A stretch of 64,000 nt of DNA from Alloascoidea hylecoeti. Lineage: Eukaryota. The notes under the pieces were generated by a model that was not told the DNA's origin, made no database searches, and saw only the letters and a program-made list of their open reading frames with translations. A program made the position numbers and the translations under genes. The stretch spans positions 62,001 to 126,000 of the forward strand of contig BCKZ01000019.1 in the NCBI GenBank assembly GCA_001600815.1, in the 5' to 3' direction. Shown in pieces: positions 23,351 to 35,300 of the stretch (within the stretch, counting starts at the first letter, position 1; each line of letters opens with the position of its first letter).

Positions 23351-24991
23351 TCATGTTCTCCATGGCTTTACACCAGACCTATAAAGCTCATCGATCTGCT
23401 CTAAACTTAATCCTTTAGTTTCAGGGATGACTAAAAATACAAATATCACTGAAAGTAATAGAGTGCCAGTAAACACATAACCGTAATAAAACCCAATTTG
23501 ACTTTTAGCATATGGAGAAACTAATAGAACCGTGAAACTCGTTAGCCAATTTGCTGAAACTCCAATGGAAATACCTTTTGCTCTAATTCTTTGTGGTAAT
23601 GTTTCAGTCCCAATAATTGTCAGTACTGGTGACCAAGAAATTGAGAACGTTACAATATAAATACAAACGAGTGCAATTAAGAACTTGCTAATTTTTTCAT
23701 TTGGTGCTGAATCACTCCCATTTGGGTATAAGGCAAACTTTGATAAAGATGTAAATAATGCAATGCATGAAAACATAACGAATGTTCCAGCTAATAAATT
23801 TCTCCTTCTACCAAATTTTTGTACTGTATACAAAGCAATAAAGGTTGATCCAAAACCAACACTACCAAAAATAAGTTGAACAGTAAATGGATCTGTAACA
23901 CCAATATCTTTAAAAATATGTGTGCCATAATACAAAAAGTAAGAAATACCAGTTAATTGTTGAAACACGTTCATACCAACACAGAGGAATAATCTATAAC
24001 GTATCCTTGGTTTACCGACAAATAGTTCCCTCCATGAAGTAGATTCGGTTTGATTAATAGTTTTTTCAATGTTAACCGCTTCCACAATCTCATTTAGTTG
24101 AGTATCGACTCTTGGATCCCAAAGTTTAAGTCGATTACTATTAGCAATAGCAGCTTTTGCCTCGTCTATTTTATTAGCTTGTATTAAATATCGCGGTGAT
24201 TCTGGTGAAAAATATACTCCAATTAATAAAAGTATAGCCCATAGAAATGCAAACCCCATTGGTATTCTCCATTGACCAGGATCATTTCTAGTACTAGATA
24301 ATTTATTTATAAGATTTCCAATAAAAACCCCAAATGTTATCATTAAACTAAATGTTGCAACAAATGAGCCGCGAAATGACTTTGGTGAGGTTTCCGAAAC
24401 CAATACAGGACTTAAAATAACCAATGTACCAACACCAAGGCCTGTAATCATTCTACCAATCATGATTTGAATCCAACTTTTTGTTGATGCCATTTGTACA
24501 ACTATACCAATCATATAGACAACTACTGCAACCATAATACCGATTCTTCTACCATATTTCTCACCAATTCTCGAAAATAAAATCCCACCAGCTGCAGCCC
24601 CCAGATCAAATAGACCAACTAACAGACCTGTATGGATAACAGATATTAAAATCATGCCGTTTCCAATCTCTTCGCCATATGTCATTTGGAAAATTTTCAT
24701 ATTGAAATAACCGCCAACAGTTCCTATATCATAACCCAAAAGAAATCCGCCAAATGCAACCATTATACAAAAAATATAATTGACTAGATATTTCCTAAAG
24801 GTTTCTCTTGATTTAGTAGTATCAATTGCTCTAGATGATGATGATAATGATTCCAATTCTTTAACAGAACCATCACTGTTGATTATTTCTTTCGAAGGAT
24901 CAGAATTATTGCGACTGGAAAAAGCATTCGCAATATTAGATGCAAGATCCGCATAACCTCCTGCAGGGCGTCCATCTCTTTCGTAAGACAT
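23351..24991 (-). CDS. Hexose transporter (HXT-like MFS sugar porter)
   Basis: AFGGFLLGYDIG, YGRRIG, SETSPKSFRG, PESPRYL, FQQLTGISYFLYYG, PETKGLSLEQIDELY..GVKPW. Confidence 0.92.
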   Translation of the reverse strand: MSYERDGRPAGGYADLASNIANAFSSRNNSDPSKEIINSDGSVKELESLSSSSRAIDTTKSRETFRKYLVNYIFCIMVAFGGFLLGYDIGTVGGYFNMKIFQMTYGEEIGNGMILISVIHTGLLVGLFDLGAAAGGILFSRIGEKYGRRIGIMVAVVVYMIGIVVQMASTKSWIQIMIGRMITGLGVGTLVILSPVLVSETSPKSFRGSFVATFSLMITFGVFIGNLINKLSSTRNDPGQWRIPMGFAFLWAILLLIGVYFSPESPRYLIQANKIDEAKAAIANSNRLKLWDPRVDTQLNEIVEAVNIEKTINQTESTSWRELFVGKPRIRYRLFLCVGMNVFQQLTGISYFLYYGTHIFKDIGVTDPFTVQLIFGSVGFGSTFIALYTVQKFGRRRNLLAGTFVMFSCIALFTSLSKFALYPNGSDSAPNEKISKFLIALVCIYIVTFSISWSPVLTIIGTETLPQRIRAKGISIGVSANWLTSFTVLLVSPYAKSQIGFYYGYVFTGTLLLSVIFVFLVIPETKGLSLEQIDELYRSGVKPWRT

Positions 24992-25904
24992 TTTCTAGTT
25001 CGTCAAATTAATTAATATATCAATTAATTTTTGAATTGCTTTTTTGATTGGAAGGGCAATTAAAGAGGATATAAAACAATTGAAATTGAAGATTTAGTTT
25101 CATTTTATATATTTTCACTTATATTTCCCAAAACTCAATTTGAGACGCAGCACACAAATTTGGACAAAATAATATGTTGAAGGAACAGGTACGACGACAA
25201 TTGTATATTTATGTCATCATATTTAACTTTATTGCTATCTGGCTATTCTTCTCTAAGAAATTTAATCTAATTGTTATATCACATGATCTTTTTATAAGTA
25301 TCATTTATCTTAAGCACTCCTCATATAATTAATTCGAATCATTCTCAAAAAATGGTTTAATAAGTAGCAATTTTCATATTCGACATAACTAGCGCTAATC
25401 TAAAATACCTAAAAATTCCGATCTGCTATAACTTATACCATAGTTATTATCCCTTTAATAAATTTTTTGAACTAAAGCTTCCACTCCTCGTAAATAATGT
25501 GTTGAGATTGCCTTCTAGATTTCTATTTAAACTTTTGTAAAATTGGTCTTTATTTCCATTTGTATTGGTAAGTTGTCACCGGATATTCCTTAAACGCATA
25601 TGTTACATACCATTTCAATTGTACTTAATTCCCTAGGCCTTATATTAGGACATGGTATATCTAGATCTTCTAATCTGGGATCTCTTCCGATCCCAAAAGT
25701 AATGATTTCTTAATTATAAAATTATCAAATTATAAAATTATGAAGAACGTCGTTTTTATTTTTCTATATTTGAGTGTAACCAAACTGCAAAGTTATCCAA
25801 AATCTAATTAGCTTCTCTTTCATACATTATTTTATAGGGGAAATTCGACTACTGTGCTACAGAGGCCCAGATTCTAAATAAATTGATTCAAATTAAAAAA
25901 TTAT

Positions 25905-25976
25905 TGCCGTTGCCCAGAATCGAACTGAGGTTTCATCGGCCACAACGATGTGTACTCACCACTATACTACAACGGC
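25905..25976 (-). tRNA. tRNA-His(GUG), intronless
   Basis: GCCGTTG TA GTATAGTGGTGAGTAC A CATCG TTGTGGC CGATG AAAC CTCAG TTCGATT CTGGG CAACGGC A folds into a full cloverleaf with anticodon GTG; a T6 Pol III terminator follows. Confidence 0.97.
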
Positions 25977-27050
25977 TAACTTCTTCTTGGGAGCACACTC
26001 TTTATAAACACACTTTTATAGAATCTTATGGGGCTTTTATCAAAAAGGCACTAGAGCTAAGGAAAAATATTAGATTTGCAGGGACAAATATTAAATGAGA
26101 TTGATTGGGGGATTATAATATCTAAAAACTTGAAAAAGTAAAAAATATCTAAAAAAAAAAAATTTACTTTTAAGGTGGTCTAGGCATATAAGAAGGGAAG
26201 AAAGAAGAGTGTCAAGAATACACAAAAATAAGAAGAATAGAAAGAGAGATTTTTATTTGACTATATATAGTAGAGATAATTTAATTGGTGAAAGGGTTAA
26301 AAAAAAAATAGGATTTTTGTCGGAACTTGATTTATCAATGAATTGGATTCAAAGAGAATGAAGGGAAAAACAATCGGAAGAAATATGGTGGAGTAGGAAT
26401 TGTTAAATAAGAACTGTTAATTACAGACACTAAATGGGCATTCTTATGATCAATCCTGTTTATGGAATAAAATGATTGATGTTCCACCACTTAGTATTCA
26501 TATACAGATCAGGATGAAATTTAAATTTACTCTTTTCAAGCGTATTAGGAAATTTTGAATAATTCCGTTTTTCATTATGACAACAAGTGTCCCAAAATTT
26601 AGGAAGTTAATGATGATAAATATAAGACCAGTTGCAACACTAACTTAGCTATTGGCATCTATTTTCATCATTGATTCTCATACAGAATCAAATTCTCACA
26701 GTTATAATATATAAAGTGTGATTGAATTGTGTTTGGGTTTGAATTGCAATTGAGTTTGTTATTGAGTTTGTTATTCTGTTTAAACGTGATTGTTTTTATT
26801 TTTTTGTGCTTGAATTGTGTTTGTATTTGTGTTAGCGATACTTATACTTTGATCTATTTACGTATATCATAATGAAGAAGTAAACAGAAGTAAGATATAA
26901 CTATAATTATATAATAGTTTCTGATCGTGAGTATGGCCTAGGAACCTAAATCACAACCATTTCTTTACTACATAGCTAAATGAGACAAAATATTCATACA
27001 TGTGTATGAAATGATATAATTTATATAATCATATTAAATAAATATTTTCA

Positions 27051-28067
27051 TTAATTAGCAAATAAACCTTTTAAAATGTTGAATTTATAATCTAGAGAAT
27101 TATCATTCTCACGATCACCTAAAGAAATAAGTAATTCATGTGCTGTTTTGATATCATCAGTACTAATAAAATCAATACCAGTGTTAAGAAGTGAGTTCAT
27201 AAGCCATTTTTTTACCCTTTTTGGTGTGCTATTTTGTATCGGCCAATATTTCGTCCTAATACCAAAGCCATGTGCTGTATCTACTTGTCTCCTTAAAAGT
27301 CGTAGACCATGAATATTTGCTCTTCTACTGGGTGTGTCGCCTGTATTGATACCACTTGATGCAATTGGACTGATGCCTAGATTAAATCCAAGGGGTTCAC
27401 CGTCAATATTGGTTAATCCAGCTAATGGAGCATCATAAAAGAAATGTCTTCGGGGAGATCCATTTGATCTTAAAATATAATCTAGCGGTGAATTTCCTGT
27501 ACCAATCACTGTAATTGGTCGATGAATAATCCCATCACCAGTTTCATTTGTATAACTTAAATAGGATTTTTCCTTCAATGGTTTAAAGGCTTCTTCAACT
27601 CTTTTCCAAGCTTCTGTTGAGTTACCTGTAACAGCCAAATCAACAAACAAATATAATGTTGCTTCAGGATTGCTTTTAAAGAGTCCCTTTTTGTGGATTT
27701 TATAGTAATATTCAGGATTAGTTTGTATATGTTTTGTCAATGGATAATTGATCTCATCAAGTAATTTCATGATTGGCTGGATATATAAACTATCCAAATT
27801 ACCGAGATCATACGTATTACTATCAATATCACCAGTAACAACTGTTGCTATTGAGGAAGCGCCGAGTTCTAAAGCATCAAACAAAGGACGCGGTCTTTTA
27901 AAATCATTAACTGAGTGAATTCCTAAAACTTTTGGCATAGATTTATCATCCAATGATAGGTAATTCTTAATATATTCATCCTGTTTAATAGATGTTAATC
28001 CTAATGAGGGAGAGATCCAGAAAACAAGTGTTGTTATTGTTGTTATAAGAAATGGAGATTTCATTAT
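27051..28067 (-). CDS. Aim6-like PLC-like phosphodiesterase-fold protein with signal peptide (divergent)
   Basis: IHSVNDFKRPRPLFDALELGASSI, LDSLYIQPI, TLYLFVD, PITVIGTGNSP, FFYDAPL, AHGFGIRTKYW and GIDFISTDD match the recalled Aim6 family pattern. Confidence 0.75.
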   Translation of the reverse strand: MMKSPFLITTITTLVFWISPSLGLTSIKQDEYIKNYLSLDDKSMPKVLGIHSVNDFKRPRPLFDALELGASSIATVVTGDIDSNTYDLGNLDSLYIQPIMKLLDEINYPLTKHIQTNPEYYYKIHKKGLFKSNPEATLYLFVDLAVTGNSTEAWKRVEEAFKPLKEKSYLSYTNETGDGIIHRPITVIGTGNSPLDYILRSNGSPRRHFFYDAPLAGLTNIDGEPLGFNLGISPIASSGINTGDTPSRRANIHGLRLLRRQVDTAHGFGIRTKYWPIQNSTPKRVKKWLMNSLLNTGIDFISTDDIKTAHELLISLGDRENDNSLDYKFNILKGLFAN

Positions 28068-30343
28068 CAAAAGAATATATATTATTCTAAATAAAAGGAG
28101 ATTGTGTTTGTGTTAAGCAGAAGAAAGTAAACAGAGTGAAGTTAAGAGTTACAGGAAATATATCTATTTATATAGGAAACATTTGAAGCTTGAGAGAGAA
28201 ATTTTAATTAGATGAAATGGGTTTGTGTTTATCTTATGCATTAATATTATTAACTTAATTTTGACTATAACAATAAAAGCACAAATTTAAGATTAAATTT
28301 TTACGGCGGAAATCCACTCGCTTCTGCGATTTGCCTCTAATTTGAATTTCTAGTTTCTATAGACTAATCCGGGAACCCCCATTTTTTATCATACCTAAAT
28401 GCTTTTTCAATTTGTGATTCTATAATTTTTATTCTCATAATTTAAACCATTTAAAACCGATTTTCTAACTTCATCAACCAAATTTGTAGATACAATTGGA
28501 TTTACTTTTGATGAAAAAAGTTGAATTTAATGAAGATAATGGAGGATTATAAATTAATCTCTTGCGGGTTGGTCAAGACTATAGGTTAATCGCGTTTTTC
28601 CTGTTCCGATTGCCGTTACTTGTTTAATTGTAAAATCATTTTTATTCAATTCAATGAGATCTCCGTTTTTCCCTAATAGTTGTAATTCCTCAAGCCATGT
28701 ACTTAATCTATCATCAGTTTTTACATCGATCCATAATTATATCGTCTCTAAACCAATCGAATTTTATAAGCCATGAAAAGCAGAGTATAAATTATACCGT
28801 TTTGTTTTGTAAGATTTTCAATCGTTTTATTATGAAAGAATTATTTAGACTGTTAATCACATAGATCTATTTTCCGTTAGAGGATTATGTTCTACATATA
28901 CTGCATCAGCTTCAACCCTTTAAACGCCTCTTTCAATTGAAGTTCTTTTATCTTTAATGATCATTATGTGAATGAATTTGCCGAACTGGTACTCCTCTGT
29001 ACAGCCAAGGTACTTTGCGTTCACTACCTCACAGTAATTTTAGGGGGACACTAGCTAACTCTACAGTGATTGGAGTTGAAATACCTAGTAATCCTTGGGA
29101 CTGAAGGAACAGCATTGAAGACGATACCAGCGTAAAAATTGTACCATTAGGTCAAAAAAAATTAGACAACCACTCGATGCAAGCTTTATCATATAGTGTC
29201 AAATCCGGGTTACGTATTACTTATACGACACCGCGATTGTTGCGGTAGCATACACTTGTAGATTCATTTTCATTCTTCCAATTCCATATTTGTGGTAAAA
29301 TATATGGAATACCTAAAGCACAAATCAATGATAGAATAGCTAAAAGAGATGTTAGTATTTTTACATAATCAGATATAGTTATGACCAACATTTATACATA
29401 TATGTAGAACAAGCGTTAGCCTTGATAACCGCGGAGAATCCACCTCAAATAGGAAACCACCTTTAGTACAATGGAATGTATCAGCAGCCATTTATTATAA
29501 ACTCCTAACATCATTTGGTAGCCATATTATGTCCCAAAGGTAGAAGTTTCCTGACTGCAGTTTCTGATCCCCCCCCCACCCCAAAAATAAACAAATATAA
29601 ATGCTTCCGCTCATACTCATCTAACAAATAAAAAAATAAAAGTTTGGATCAAACTACAATTATTTCAATATATAATTAACATGATGATACATAGAGCCTA
29701 TATTAGGAGAGGAGCTAGTGAAAAGATAAGATGATTTGAGTTAAGTAGGAAATTTTCATTTTATTAAATATACAAAAGGAACGGCGGTTCAAAAGCGAAA
29801 AGCGAAAATGGAATGATAGAGGTACCTAACTGTAGCTAAACTGTAGTGGGTTTGATGTGTATAATATCTTATATTGAAAAATTTAAAAAGTGGAACGAAT
29901 TCCATTACATGGGTGGGCTATAATTAACAATAATCATATGTATATGTCTTAAAAACATTAAATTTCAATTCAAAATAGCGCTGAATTGAAAGAACAAAAA
30001 ATGTTAGGAGCCAAGTTCAACCTGTAACTGGAAAAGTGAGAATGAATATGGAAGAAAACAAATAATGGTAATATCATGGATAATAATGATATACTCGGAG
30101 GAATAATAATCGAAATAACATCACATCTTTTTATTTGTACCTCTAGAACGCGTAACTTTGACTATTTTCATAGATCTGAAGGTGCCATTGGAAACTAGGA
30201 TATGGAATTCGAATAATTAATGCAAAGTAAATGAACAAAAAAACAATGATAATAAACGAATATGAAAAATGCCCACAATGGGAACAAAAGCGAAAAAATA
30301 AAAATAAAAATAAAAAACATTAGCATGCATTAGAATTCGAACA

Positions 30344-31084
30344 CTATTCCAAATATATTGGAATCACTTTCTTATTTGAATTTTTCAGTTTCACCGAATT
30401 CCACCTTTGGGCCACTTTGCTGCCTAAAACACTTGGTTGGCTCCAGGCGATTTGAAGTTTGGGTATATCAATACCATATATGAAGAATTTTCTTGCTACT
30501 TCTAACAAGTTCAATGCAACCTGCTGCCTTCTGAAATCTTTGACGGTATACAACCGTGATATACCCATTAATATATGAGAGTGTTTATTAGGAATTAATT
30601 GGCCATTATGCAATAACATCCAATAACCAGTTGATGCTTTCTCTACGGTGAGTAAACCTATGGCACGTTTAGCATGTACAAAAACAAAAGCAGCACCATC
30701 ATTTGTTTGCCATTTAGCCGAATCTTCAGGGGCATTTAACTCCGAATTAACGAGTTGTAACAAATCCTTAATCGCATTTTTTTCAGAAGGTTTTAAATTT
30801 GTACCTGATATAGCAATGATATTTGAATCAGGAGTTGTTAAGGATGATGGGGTTCCAGACAAGAGATCACTACTGCCACAAACGACGGAGCCCCAAGATG
30901 GGAACCATTCGCGACCTTTAAAAGCTCTGGTGTGGAAATGAGCATGGAGTTTTCGATCTATGAGGGAAGAAGGGATATACGACATACCACAGGCTTCACA
31001 TGTTGTTTTTGGAGATCCGATTGCCAGACGTGTCTGTATTAACTGGATTTTTTGTTTTGGTGGAACTTTCGTGATTTTTCGCAT
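30344..31084 (-). CDS. ECO1: Cohesin acetyltransferase Eco1
   Basis: Likely start MRKITK (ATG 31084). PIP-like QTRL, C2H2 finger CEACGMSY..DRKLHAHFH, GISRLY..FRRQ, IAWSQPS..G. Confidence 0.92.
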   Translation of the reverse strand: MRKITKVPPKQKIQLIQTRLAIGSPKTTCEACGMSYIPSSLIDRKLHAHFHTRAFKGREWFPSWGSVVCGSSDLLSGTPSSLTTPDSNIIAISGTNLKPSEKNAIKDLLQLVNSELNAPEDSAKWQTNDGAAFVFVHAKRAIGLLTVEKASTGYWMLLHNGQLIPNKHSHILMGISRLYTVKDFRRQQVALNLLEVARKFFIYGIDIPKLQIAWSQPSVLGSKVAQRWNSVKLKNSNKKVIPIYLE

Positions 31085-31230
31085 TGTAAAATCCCAAAAG
31101 ACCAAGATTCGGGGCAGCAACGTGCACAGAACAGAAGGAGATAAACCCATCCATCATCCATCATCCTACCTGAAAAACTGCAAAACTGCAACAAACCATC
31201 TAGACCTGATTTAATATTTATTTAATAGTG

Positions 31231-31989
31231 ATGAACGTTAATTACGGATTCTCGGATTCCGCGGCACACAAACGACTCCGTTCCCTTCGCTCACCGTCCG
31301 TTTCCCTTGGTTCCCACGGTTTCGGCTCCAGGATGAGGCTAATGCTGATTCCCCCACGACATTTGTTCCTCCGGCCACTTTCTCGGAAAACACTTATTCT
31401 CGATCTCGATGAGACTCTGATCCACTCGTTTTCCCGGGGAGGCCGCATGGGAGCTACCCAGATGCGGATGATCGAGGTCAGGCTCAGCAGCCAGTTAGCC
31501 ACTCTATATTATGTCCATAAAAGACCTTATTGCGATGAATTTCTGAAACAGATGTCTCAGTGGTACAATTTGGTCATCTTCACAGCATCCGTAAAGGAAT
31601 ATGCCGACCCGATAATAGACTGGCTTGAACAGGAAGGAGTTCACTTCACTAAAAGGTTATATCGCAACAACTGTACCTTGGCCTCTTCTTTACCCCAACA
31701 AAAAAGCAGAACGGAGGGTTATATTAAAGATATTTCAACCGTTGAGCCCGACCTTAGTAAAGTCATCATCGTAGACAATTCTCCAATCAGTTACGAAATG
31801 CACAAAGACAATGCCGTCATGATCGAAGGCTGGGTTAATGACCCCACAGATGCTGATTTACTACATTTGATTCCAGTCCTAAAAGCGTTGAATCACGTTT
31901 CCGATGTGAGGTCTTTACTAAGTCTTAAACGGGGAGAGGAAGCATGCATGGGAACATTACAAGAGCGCTCTTCTGTTATCTTGGAATAA
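31231..31989 (+). CDS. NEM1: Nem1-type HAD/FCP-like protein phosphatase (short form)
   Basis: KTLILDLDETLIHS, YYVHKRPYCDEFL, VIFTASVKEYADPIIDWLE, IVDNSPISY, IEGWVNDPTD. Confidence 0.85.
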   Translation: MNVNYGFSDSAAHKRLRSLRSPSVSLGSHGFGSRMRLMLIPPRHLFLRPLSRKTLILDLDETLIHSFSRGGRMGATQMRMIEVRLSSQLATLYYVHKRPYCDEFLKQMSQWYNLVIFTASVKEYADPIIDWLEQEGVHFTKRLYRNNCTLASSLPQQKSRTEGYIKDISTVEPDLSKVIIVDNSPISYEMHKDNAVMIEGWVNDPTDADLLHLIPVLKALNHVSDVRSLLSLKRGEEACMGTLQERSSVILE

Positions 31990-32362
31990 CTTATCACAAC
32001 ATATATTATACCGTACCTCTATTCTATTTATTTATTATCTGTATTTTATTCAACAACTTGACCTAATGTTTCATGTTTTCTTCTTTTTTTTTTGATGTTA
32101 TATTTTAAAACCAATTGCACTGTTATACAAATTAAATAATGAAAGTAATGAATGATAAATGACAATACTTTATATGATTAATTAAAAATCTTTAAATCAA
32201 ATTAAACAAAAACAAAAACAAAGTGTGAAATTTAAATGTAAATAAGTAGTTTAATATCCTATCAAATTTTAAATGATAATAATTCTAACAATGAAAAACT
32301 TCAAACTATTTATAAACGTCGAAAATCAAAAAAATCAATACAACATCTTCTAAATCTTTTGT

Positions 32363-35300
32363 TCATTTCTTTTCTCGGTCATTTGGATTTCCAGAAATGA
32401 TATTTTTGCCATCAACTGATTGTTGATTATTAGGATTATTTGGATCATTGTGGAAAATCCATCCTAATTTCCTACTTATAAAATTATCAGAATTATTCGA
32501 ACAATTACTAACCTGTGAGGAAATTGATGATGATTTGTGTACACGATTTTGATAATGATTCTGTGAGTTTGGATAATCATCTCCTAATGATAATAACCCT
32601 CCAGGTATTGGTGTTAAACTTTGAGTTTTATGATGACCTGAAGGTGATCTATTTATAGGTGATATTGAAGCATGTGCTTTTGGAGACAATGGGGATAATA
32701 CCTCAGATTCATAAGCAAATGTGCTGAGATTATTATTATTAGTATTGTTCTGTTTGAAAGCTCCAGTTATAGTTGGTTTTGGAACTGGGGAAGTAATCGA
32801 TTGTACAATACCACCACCACCTCTTAATGGTCGAACAATCTTCACATTTAAATTAACATGCTCATCAGATTCAACAGAATGTATACTACTAGCATCATCA
32901 TCATTATTAATATTATTATTATATTCTGTCATTTTTTCAATAGCATTTAAACTGGCATTTTTAATATGGTTAAATCTTTCAGTTAAGAAACCTAAATTTT
33001 GTTCAAAACTTTCAGATTCAATTGAATAATGCATTTGTGATTCTTGTAAAGCAATTTCTAAATCTTTAATTCTTTTATTTCTTGTATTTAAAATTCTTTG
33101 TGATATAGCGATATCTTTTTGTAAAGCTGCATTTTGATCAACTAATTGTTTTTGAATATGTGTTAATTGTTCTAAATTCTTTTCAAGTATTAACATTCTT
33201 TTACGTTGATATCGACTTGCTTTATCTCTTGTTGCATAACCAAGTGATTCTTTTGTTTGTTCTAATTCTAATTGTAATTCAACATATTTTGAACATTGAT
33301 CATGAAGATCTTTCATAATCGAATTCTTAGCTGATGATGCATCTTGTAAATCAGAACGTAATTGTTCAATAACAACATTTTGATCAACATTTGGATCCAA
33401 CTTATTACCCGAAGATTCTTGAATTGGCGTTTTATTCTTTAAATCTGAAAGATAAGATTGAAGAGTTGAAATCGTAGCTGTTGTTGGATCGTTTAATGCA
33501 TTATTACTTAATGTCAATAGTTTTTCCACTGTTACTCTATTAAAAGATGAACTAGTATTTATTGTTGTGATATCGGAAACATTTAATTTTTGTTTTAAAG
33601 CATTTAAAATTGTTTTCGAATCTTCATCATTACTACTTGAAAGTAATTTATCAATGGTTGTCCATAATTGAGTTATTTTAGTACCTTCTTCTTCTTCTTT
33701 TGATTTTTGTTTTGTTTTTTCCTTTTCATCTCTTTCATCTTCCTCCTTTTGTCTTGCTTGTTCTTCTTGCCATTTTTGAATTAATTCTTTACTTGTATCT
33801 GCATCTCTTGAAAGATGACCATTCATTTCACGTAATCTAACTGCTTCTAATTCTAATTCTTGAACATCATATCTTGCTTTACCTAAACTTGTTTTTAATG
33901 TTTCAATTTCAATTTCAAATTTACTTTTATTGGCAGAATTGGTTCGTAATTTATCTAATTCTTTTGTTAAATCTTCAATCACTGATTCATTATGTTGAAT
34001 TGTTGCATCTCGTTCTGCAATAAGATCTTCTAGTTCATTCTCTCTTCTTAAAATTTCTTCTTGTCTATCATGTTCAGAATCTTGTGCTAAGAAATCGCTC
34101 AACAATGCAGTTTGTCTTGGACTACTCTGAAGTAGAATTTGTCTCTTTAATCTTCCTGGTGTTAATGATCTTGAAGGTGTTATACGGCCATTACCATTCT
34201 GTGGTGTGTTTCTACCACTTTTAGGTGTTTCAGATCGAGATGGTTGTGATAGTGACTGCGTAGTCTTATGTGTAGCAGTAGTCTCACCGCCACCAGCATT
34301 TCCTGCCCGAATGCCTCCTGTTAACTCAACCCATTCAACTGTTTCTGGTGTTTTACCACATCTCCAACCGGTCAATTCACCTTCTAATTTACTAATATAT
34401 GATATATTAGCTTCATTTTGTAATTGAGAAAGTTTAACAAGTCTACGAAGTTCGGCTGGTGATAATTCAGCATTAATCTTCGCCTTATTCTTAATCTTTT
34501 TAGCTCTTTGACCAAATCTTAAGGTTGATAATGTTTCTTGTTCATTAAAAGATGAAGGTGAACAATTAATAATTAATGAAGTACGTGAATTACCGCCAAG
34601 TGATTCTTGTAAAATTCTAGTTAATTTTGAATCTCTATAAGGTATATGAGTTGATTTACCATCCGTTAATGCATTAATTACCATTCCTAAAGAACTTAAT
34701 GATTTATTAATTTTTTTAGCCTCTTCTAAAGTTTGACCAGAAGCACCTGTTTTACCAATTTTTTCACTTCCCGCTAAATCAACTAAAAATAATCTTCCTT
34801 TTTTAGCAGAACCAGTCTCGGTATTTTTTTGATTCACATCAACCAAAAAAATAGAGTGAGACCTTGATGATTCTTCATTCATTTTTGTTGCAGCAACGGC
34901 TCTATTTTTCCCACCTTCTTTCATCACCTGGTAAACCTCGGATTTACTACCCACGTAAACCTCACTTAAACCTTTTACATATACACCATGATCTTTATCC
35001 TCATGTATAGGCAAATTTGATTTTTCAGGTTTTAATAAATCTCTAATTCTTTCCATGTAGATTTCCATGTAACTAACGGCAACAATGTACTCCATATTTT
35101 CTGGAGAATCCCTAATTGAGTCAAAAATTTGATTGATTATCCTAGGGATAATACCTCTTGAGTTGCGATCATCGATGTCAGGTCCCATCATTGTGTATGA
35201 TTTCCCGGAGCCTGTCTGACCATAAGCGAAAACAGTACCATTGTAACCTTTCAAAAGATCGCCAACAGTTTCTTTAATTGTATAATCGAAAACGTCTGAT

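Noticed and set aside
28950..29250. Moderately GC-rich stretch as a pseudogene or ncRNA
   Set aside because: No recognisable protein motif, box elements or convincing fold.
30960..31214. Antisense ORF with a hydrophobic stretch as the missing Nem1 membrane exon
   Set aside because: The hydrophobicity is the expected mirror of Lys/Gln codons in ECO1, and I found no in-phase donor/acceptor pair.
31405..31550. Alternative CUG code (Ser or Ala)
   Set aside because: CTG occupies conserved Leu positions in Nem1 (DETL, DEFL), so CUG=Leu.
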